From positions 15,794 through 79,793 of the forward strand of contig JAZGAL010000132.1 of the NCBI GenBank assembly GCA_036475815.1: a DNA stretch of 64,000 bases, written 5' to 3'. This DNA comes from Gemmatimonadota bacterium. Its GTDB lineage: Bacteria; Gemmatimonadota; Gemmatimonadetes; Palauibacterales; KS3-K002. This document shows positions 58,985 to 64,000 of this stretch, piece after piece. The position numbers were made by a program, and so were the translations under genes. The notes beneath the pieces are model-generated. The model was not told where the DNA came from, searched no databases, and was given only the letters and a program-made list of their open reading frames with translations. How positions within the stretch are numbered: the first letter of the stretch is position 1; the number at the start of each line of letters is the position of its first letter.

Positions 58985-59972
58985 CGCGCCTGGAGCGGCG
59001 GGCCATGCCGCACCGTCGCCGAGGATCGCGGTAACTTTGGGTGATCCGCGGGGAATCGGCCCCGAGATCGCCGCACGAGCGCTACGAGAGCCTGCGGCCT
59101 TCGAGGCCGACGTCCTGCTGATAGGACCGGACGGGCTCCCGGAGGCGGAAGGCTTCGAGCTGCTTTCGGTAGGTCGCTGGAGCGAGGGCCAGGGGGCCGC
59201 GGAGGCCGGTCGTCTCTCTGTTCTGGCCATCGAGCGTGCGGTCTCCCTCGCCATGGAGGGCGCGGTCGACGCCGTCGTCACGGCACCGATCTCCAAGTCG
59301 GCGGTCGCCGCGGCCGGCTATGCCTGGCCCGGCCATACCGAGATGCTCCGTGACCTGGCCGGCGCGCCCGAGACGGCTCTGTGTCTGGCGGCGGAAGAGA
59401 CTCCTCTGGGGGCGCCCCTCCGGGTGGTTCTGGTCACCGGCCACATGGCCCTCCGGCAGGTACTCGAGGCGTATACCGGAGAGCGGCTGTACCGAACCGC
59501 CTGTCTCGCCGACGAGGGGCTGCGGCGCTGGTGGGGCATCGAGCGTCCGAGCATCGCCGTGTGCGCCATCAATCCTCATGCCGGGGACGACGGCCTCTTC
59601 GGCGATGAAGAGGCGCGCGTGTGCGAGCCGACCATCGTTCGACTGCGCGACGAGGGGTTGGACGTGAACGGCCCCTTCCCGGCGGACACCGTTTTCGTGC
59701 GGGCGATGCAGGGCGCGGCCGACGCCGTTCTCGCTCCCTATCACGACGTGGGGATGACGGCGATCAAGACGGCGTCGTTCGGCAGGGCTGTGAACGTGAC
59801 GCTAGGACTCCCCTTCCCCCGCACGTCGCCGGATCATGGCACCGCGTTCGACATCGCCGGCACCGGACGCGCCGATGCGTCATCCATGCGGGCGGCGCTT
59901 GAGACGGCCAGGCGCTTTGCTATGCGCGCTTTGACGTCCGACACGAACTCGAATAGATTTGCGAGCGGATGA
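58959..59972 (+). CDS. pdxA: 4-hydroxythreonine-4-phosphate dehydrogenase
   Basis: RIAVTLGDPRGIGPEI N-terminal motif, INPHAGDDGLFGDEE, metal-binding His/Asp pattern. Only in-frame start is ATG 58959. Confidence 0.88.
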   Translation: MKAYQPHGNAPGAAGHAAPSPRIAVTLGDPRGIGPEIAARALREPAAFEADVLLIGPDGLPEAEGFELLSVGRWSEGQGAAEAGRLSVLAIERAVSLAMEGAVDAVVTAPISKSAVAAAGYAWPGHTEMLRDLAGAPETALCLAAEETPLGAPLRVVLVTGHMALRQVLEAYTGERLYRTACLADEGLRRWWGIERPSIAVCAINPHAGDDGLFGDEEARVCEPTIVRLRDEGLDVNGPFPADTVFVRAMQGAADAVLAPYHDVGMTAIKTASFGRAVNVTLGLPFPRTSPDHGTAFDIAGTGRADASSMRAALETARRFAMRALTSDTNSNRFASG

Positions 59973-60018
59973 TGGCAACCACCCCTTTCCGTGAATCCAC
60001 TCGCGGGAATCGCGCCCG

Positions 60019-60702
60019 GTGATCAAACTCATCGATGTCTACAAGGAGTACCCCCGTTCCGGGCTCGCCCTGAAGAACGTCTCGTTCCATGTGGCCAAGG
60101 GCGAGTTCACGTTTCTCACCGGACCCTCAGGCTCAGGCAAAACCACGATCCTTCGACTGATTCATATGGCGGAAGCACCAACGGACGGTGAGGTGCGCGT
60201 CTCCGGTTTCTCGTCAAAGCGCATGAAGCGCCACGAGATCGCAAGGCTGAGGCGCCGAGTCGGGATGGTCTTTCAGGACTTCCGTCTCCTCCGCGACCGG
60301 ACGGCCGCGGAGAATCTCGCCTTCGCTCTCGAGGTCACCGGAGCGCGCAGAAGCGACATCAAGGGGAAGGTGCAACGGCTCCTGGCACAGGTCGGCCTGG
60401 TGGCACGGTCAGGGGCATACCCTGACGAGCTATCCGGCGGCGAGCAGCAGCGGGTGGTCATCGCTCGCGCCCTGATTCACGACCCGGTAGTCCTGCTCGC
60501 TGATGAGCCCATGGGCAACCTCGACGAGCGGGCGGCACGCGGTATCTTCGACCTGGCTCGCGACATCAACGCAGCAGGTACCGCGGTCGTACTGGCGACG
60601 CACGACCTGGAGATGGTGCGACGGCACTCCAAGTACCGGGTTATCGAGCTTTCCGACGGGGCGGTCGTCTACGACTCGAGCGACACTGATGGCGTATCGT
60701 AG
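60019..60702 (+). CDS. ftsE: cell division ABC transporter ATP-binding protein FtsE
   Basis: Walker A GPSGSGKTT, ABC signature LSGGEQQRV, Walker B LLADEP. 227 aa. Confidence 0.93.
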   Translation: MIKLIDVYKEYPRSGLALKNVSFHVAKGEFTFLTGPSGSGKTTILRLIHMAEAPTDGEVRVSGFSSKRMKRHEIARLRRRVGMVFQDFRLLRDRTAAENLAFALEVTGARRSDIKGKVQRLLAQVGLVARSGAYPDELSGGEQQRVVIARALIHDPVVLLADEPMGNLDERAARGIFDLARDINAAGTAVVLATHDLEMVRRHSKYRVIELSDGAVVYDSSDTDGVS

Positions 60703-61552
60703 CATTCAGGAGGCGGTCGCCGCGTATCGCCGCGCGCCTGTCCTCGCGCTTCTATCAGCTACCAGCATCGGTCTCAGCCTTTTCGTGTTGGGCACCTTTG
60801 GTATCGTGGCGTACAACGTCGATGTCACTCTGCAGGCGATAGAACGACGCGTGGAGGTGGTGGCCTATCTGCGGGACGACATAACGGCCGCGCAGCTCGA
60901 GGTTCTTCAGAGCGACGTTCGCTCCTTCCCCGAAGTCGAGGGTGTCGTTCACGTCTCGAAGTTCGAGGCGATGCGGAATGCCATACAGCAGCTCGACGAG
61001 TTCCGCGACGTGTTCACCGACCTGGAGATGAACCCGTTGCCGGCTTCCGTGGAGATCCGCCTGAGACCGGATTTCCGTGATCCCGAGTCCGTCGAACACG
61101 TGGCCCAGCTCATCGGCCTCTACCCCTTCGTGGAGGACGTGCGATACGGGCGCGAATGGGTGAATAAGATTTACCAGCTGCGCCGCCTCGGCGGCGCGGT
61201 GGCCGTCATCCTCGGCATCGCATTCGCCGTGGTCGCGATACTCGTCATCGGCACTACCGTCCGCATGGCGGTCATGGCCCGGCGCGAAGAGATTGCCGTC
61301 ATGCGTCTCGTGGGCGCCACCGACGGGTTCATCCGCCGGCCGTTTCTGCTCGAGGGCTTCGTCACCGGCCTGGCAGGAGGCTTGCTTGCCCTGCTCCTCA
61401 CCTACGCCGCGTACCGGATAGTGGACGGCTCGCTGATCGACTTGGAATGGCTGCCGTCAACCTGGGCTATGGCAGGCACGCTGGCGGGCGGCATACTCGG
61501 CTTGCTGGCCAGCGGATTCGCCCTCAAGAGACACCTGATGTCGTATGCGTAG
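60689..61552 (+). CDS. ftsX: cell division permease FtsX
   Basis: Start at the internal Met MAYRS (14-nt overlap with ftsE). One TM, periplasmic domain, three C-terminal TMs. Conserved ftsE-ftsX order. Confidence 0.88.
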   Translation: MAYRSIQEAVAAYRRAPVLALLSATSIGLSLFVLGTFGIVAYNVDVTLQAIERRVEVVAYLRDDITAAQLEVLQSDVRSFPEVEGVVHVSKFEAMRNAIQQLDEFRDVFTDLEMNPLPASVEIRLRPDFRDPESVEHVAQLIGLYPFVEDVRYGREWVNKIYQLRRLGGAVAVILGIAFAVVAILVIGTTVRMAVMARREEIAVMRLVGATDGFIRRPFLLEGFVTGLAGGLLALLLTYAAYRIVDGSLIDLEWLPSTWAMAGTLAGGILGLLASGFALKRHLMSYA

Positions 61553-62759
61553 CGCTGGAAGGACCGCCGGTCGCCGCCTACTGCCCCCGGCCCTGGCGGC
61601 ATTCGTCTGGGTCGCTTCGGCTTCAGCCCAAGAGGTGGTCAAGCCGCTCGGAGAGCAGATCGAGCTGAGCAAAGATCGACTCGAACAGATCCGGCAGGAG
61701 AGACGGCGCCTGCGCTTGGAGATGGAAACATTGGCGGCGCAGGTGCACGACGTGCGCGCAGAGCTCGACAATCTCGACCTGCAGGCACGAAACCAGGAGT
61801 CCCTGCTGCGCGAGATGGACCACAACCTCACGATCCGCGATCAGCAAATCGCCGAGACAACGGGCCACCTCTTGCGGACCCAAGACGAACTGGTGGAGAA
61901 GAAGGTCCTGTTCGCGCGGCGCGCGCGCGACCTCTACAAGCGCGGCGCGCTGCTGGAAATCCAGGTCTTACTGGCCGCCGAGAACTTTTCCGATCTGATA
62001 AACCGCTACCAGTACCTGTACCTGGTCGCTCTTCACGACCGGCTCCTCGTACGCCAGATCCAGGAGCTCAAGGACCAGTTGCTGGAACAGTATGAGCAGC
62101 TTCGACGCGAAGCACAGGGTCTTCGAGAGGTTCGTAACGAGAAGGTTCGCGAAATTCAGGACCTCTATTTCCTGGAACAGGAACGGACGCGACGGCTGAG
62201 AGCCGTTCGCGGCATACAGGTGTCAACGGAACGCCGGCTGGAAGAGCTGGAGAGAGACGAGAACGAGCTCAACAGCCTGATCGACCGGTTGGAGCGGGAA
62301 CGGGAGGCCGCTGAGGCCCTCGCAGCGTCAGCGCCCACCCGTGGCACGCTGACCCCCGAGGAACGGGGCAAGCTCGATTGGCCGGTTGAGGGCCGGGTCA
62401 TCTACGGCTTCGGCCGGCAGCGAAACGACGACAGAACCGTCATCCTCAGGAACGGGATCGGCATCGCTGCCAAGGAGGGAGCGCCGGTCAAGGCGGTTGC
62501 CGGCGGAACGGTCTTCTTCGCGCAGCCCTACCTCGGATATGGCCCGTCAGTCATCTTGAGCCACGGCGCTGGGTACTATTCCGTCTACCTCTACTTATCG
62601 GAGATCCTGGTCAGCGAAGGCGAGGCCGTGATACTCGAGCAGCCGATCGGGCGAGTGGGTGGATCGAGCACGCCGGAGGGCTCGCATCTCGAGTTCCAGA
62701 TCCGCATCGACAGCCGGGCCGTCGATCCGCTCCCCTGGCTGCGGAGGGCGCGTGGCTGA
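61545..62759 (+). CDS. envC: M23 peptidase-domain murein hydrolase activator (EnvC-like; coiled-coil + LytM domain)
   Basis: Long coiled-coil then C-terminal LytM/M23 domain (GIGIAAKEGAPVKAVAGG...HLEFQIR). Downstream of ftsEX as in many bacteria. Confidence 0.8.
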   Translation: MRSAGRTAGRRLLPPALAAFVWVASASAQEVVKPLGEQIELSKDRLEQIRQERRRLRLEMETLAAQVHDVRAELDNLDLQARNQESLLREMDHNLTIRDQQIAETTGHLLRTQDELVEKKVLFARRARDLYKRGALLEIQVLLAAENFSDLINRYQYLYLVALHDRLLVRQIQELKDQLLEQYEQLRREAQGLREVRNEKVREIQDLYFLEQERTRRLRAVRGIQVSTERRLEELERDENELNSLIDRLEREREAAEALAASAPTRGTLTPEERGKLDWPVEGRVIYGFGRQRNDDRTVILRNGIGIAAKEGAPVKAVAGGTVFFAQPYLGYGPSVILSHGAGYYSVYLYLSEILVSEGEAVILEQPIGRVGGSSTPEGSHLEFQIRIDSRAVDPLPWLRRARG

Positions 62760-63879
62760 GCCCGGCTATCTTGCAATCTTCGGACACGAAGAGATACGCG
62801 AGCGACTGTCCAGAGCGGTGGAGCTGGGCCGCCTTCCGCAGTCCTTGCTCTTCTACGGTCCTCACGGCGTCGGTAAGCAGAGGCTCGCCCTCTGGACCGC
62901 CGCTGCCCTGAACTGCCGCGGCGACTCGCCGCGACCCTGCGGCGCGTGCCACGCCTGCCGCCTCGCCGGCCGGCTCGAGCACCCGGACATTCACTGGTTC
63001 TTCCCGCTGCCCCGCCCCAAGCGCGTCTCCAGCGCCGAACAGCTTCAGCAGAAGCTCGAGGACCTGCGGGCCGCGGCGCTTGAGGAGCGGCGGGCGAACC
63101 CGTATTACATCGATGAGGAAGAAGGGGCCACCGGCATCTATATCGCCGCCGTGCATATCATGCGCAGGTTGGCCCAGAAAACACCCGCCATGGGACCGGC
63201 CAAGGTGCTGGTCATCGGGGGCGCGGAAGCTCTGATACCTCAACTGGGGAATCCGGAGGCCGCCAACGCCCTGCTGAAGCTACTCGAAGAGCCGCCGGCC
63301 GACACCACGCTGATTCTCACTTGCGATGTGCCCGGCGCCCTGCTGCCCACCATTCGCTCACGCGTACAGGCCGTGAGGGTGAGCCCCCTAGCCACGGATC
63401 GGGTCACGGAGTTCCTGCGCTCGGAGCTGGGCATGAAAGACGATGATTCGTTGAAGCTGGCCGGAATGAGCGGAGGATCCATCGGTCGGGCGCTGGAACT
63501 TCGCTCCGATGACCGCGAGGACGTCCGGCAGAGCGCCGTCAGCCTGGCGCGCGCTCTTCTGGACGGCCGCTTGCACTCCCGGCTGGCCGTCGCCCACAGC
63601 TTTCGCTCCTTCGGCGCCCGCGGTGCCTTCGGGCAGCTCCTGGGCGAAACCCGCGCGCTGCTGCGCGACCTTCTGGCCATCTCGGCGGGCGCCGACGGCG
63701 CAGCGGTGGACCCCCAGACCGTCAGGATGCTGACGGGCGACGGGCCGCCGGGGCTCGATCGGATCGTCCTGGCCCTGGAAGCCCTGGATGAGGCCGAGCA
63801 GCTCGCCGAGCGCAACGTCAACCCACAGCTCATCGTCGCCAACCTGGGACGAGCCCGGGTCCTTTCTGATGCCAGGTAG
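62752..63879 (+). CDS. holB: DNA polymerase III delta-prime subunit
   Basis: LLFYGPHGVGKQRLA Walker-A-like, zinc module CRGDSPRPCGACHAC, box VII. GTG 62752 overlapping the envC stop. Confidence 0.85.
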   Translation: MAEPGYLAIFGHEEIRERLSRAVELGRLPQSLLFYGPHGVGKQRLALWTAAALNCRGDSPRPCGACHACRLAGRLEHPDIHWFFPLPRPKRVSSAEQLQQKLEDLRAAALEERRANPYYIDEEEGATGIYIAAVHIMRRLAQKTPAMGPAKVLVIGGAEALIPQLGNPEAANALLKLLEEPPADTTLILTCDVPGALLPTIRSRVQAVRVSPLATDRVTEFLRSELGMKDDDSLKLAGMSGGSIGRALELRSDDREDVRQSAVSLARALLDGRLHSRLAVAHSFRSFGARGAFGQLLGETRALLRDLLAISAGADGAAVDPQTVRMLTGDGPPGLDRIVLALEALDEAEQLAERNVNPQLIVANLGRARVLSDAR

Positions 63880-63915
63880 CCGGTTGTAACCATTGGGGGG
63901 AGATAGTCCGACGAC

Positions 63916-64000
63916 ATGACCGGTAAGAAGTCGAAGCTCACGCATGTTGATGAGCACGGAGCCGCCCGCATGGTTGACGTCGGCGAAAAGGACGTCACGC
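63916..64000 (+). CDS. moaC: cyclic pyranopterin monophosphate synthase MoaC, 3'-truncated by the window edge
   Basis: N-terminus MTGKKSKLTHVDEHGAARMVDVGEKDVT matches the MoaC N-terminal motif (LTH.D..G.A.MVDV..K). GGGGGAGA Shine-Dalgarno upstream. Confidence 0.8.
   Translation, partial: MTGKKSKLTHVDEHGAARMVDVGEKDVT

Overview
A 64 kb high-GC (roughly 65-70%) chromosomal segment from a diderm bacterium. The diderm call rests on SurA/PrsA-like chaperones, a GT9 heptosyltransferase, a FadL/PorV-like outer-membrane barrel, and lipobox lipoproteins. Coding density is very high and almost all genes are housekeeping. I support about 57 protein-coding genes in alternating strand blocks (minus 4.2-20.2 kb, plus 20.4-26.0 kb, minus 26.0-32.7 kb, plus 32.7-36.5 kb, minus 36.6-44.7 kb, plus 44.9-47.4 kb, minus 47.4-49.8 kb, plus 50.0 kb to the end).

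Recognisable genes include recA-recX, glmM-glmS, glpK, mtnA, maf, dtd, metB-like, purD, mutM, lepA, mfd, two surA paralogs plus pdxA, ftsE-ftsX-envC-holB, a partial moaC, a partial M16 peptidase, and a late quinone prenylation/decarboxylation cluster (ubiX/ubiA/ubiD/ubiE-type, possibly menaquinone) interrupted by a chemoreceptor gene. I found no rRNA, tRNA, CRISPR array, transposase or integrase.

Because of the GC content, almost every real gene is shadowed by long spurious antisense ORFs. I rejected these on composition (Arg/Pro/Gly-rich low complexity), lack of recognisable domains and complete overlap with well-supported genes.

Items worth a second look:
- a two-gene module of a GHKL-type ATPase with an N-terminal STAS-like region plus a STAS-like/DUF4325-like protein carrying a C-terminal HTH-like tail, with an in-frame 9-bp tandem repeat at the junction;
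- a perfect 15-bp x4 tandem repeat, AT-rich for this genome, immediately upstream of the mrp/apbC start and downstream of a nifU-like gene;
- an ECF sigma / zinc-finger anti-sigma / bactofilin-like polytopic protein / toastrack-like secreted protein operon;
- a CcmF-like polytopic protein whose tryptophan-rich WWD signature appears degenerate, sitting next to a LOG/TIGR00725-family gene;
- a markedly lower-GC small membrane PH-domain-like gene;
- DUF58 + BatA-like genes without an adjacent MoxR ATPase;
- a lipoprotein + outer-membrane barrel pair.

Coordinates of gene starts were derived from the supplied ORF track by counting residues. Small motifs (hairpins, repeats, promoter) were located by counting within printed lines and may be off by a few nt. 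One printed line, labelled 35641, appears 2 nt short relative to the ORF track.
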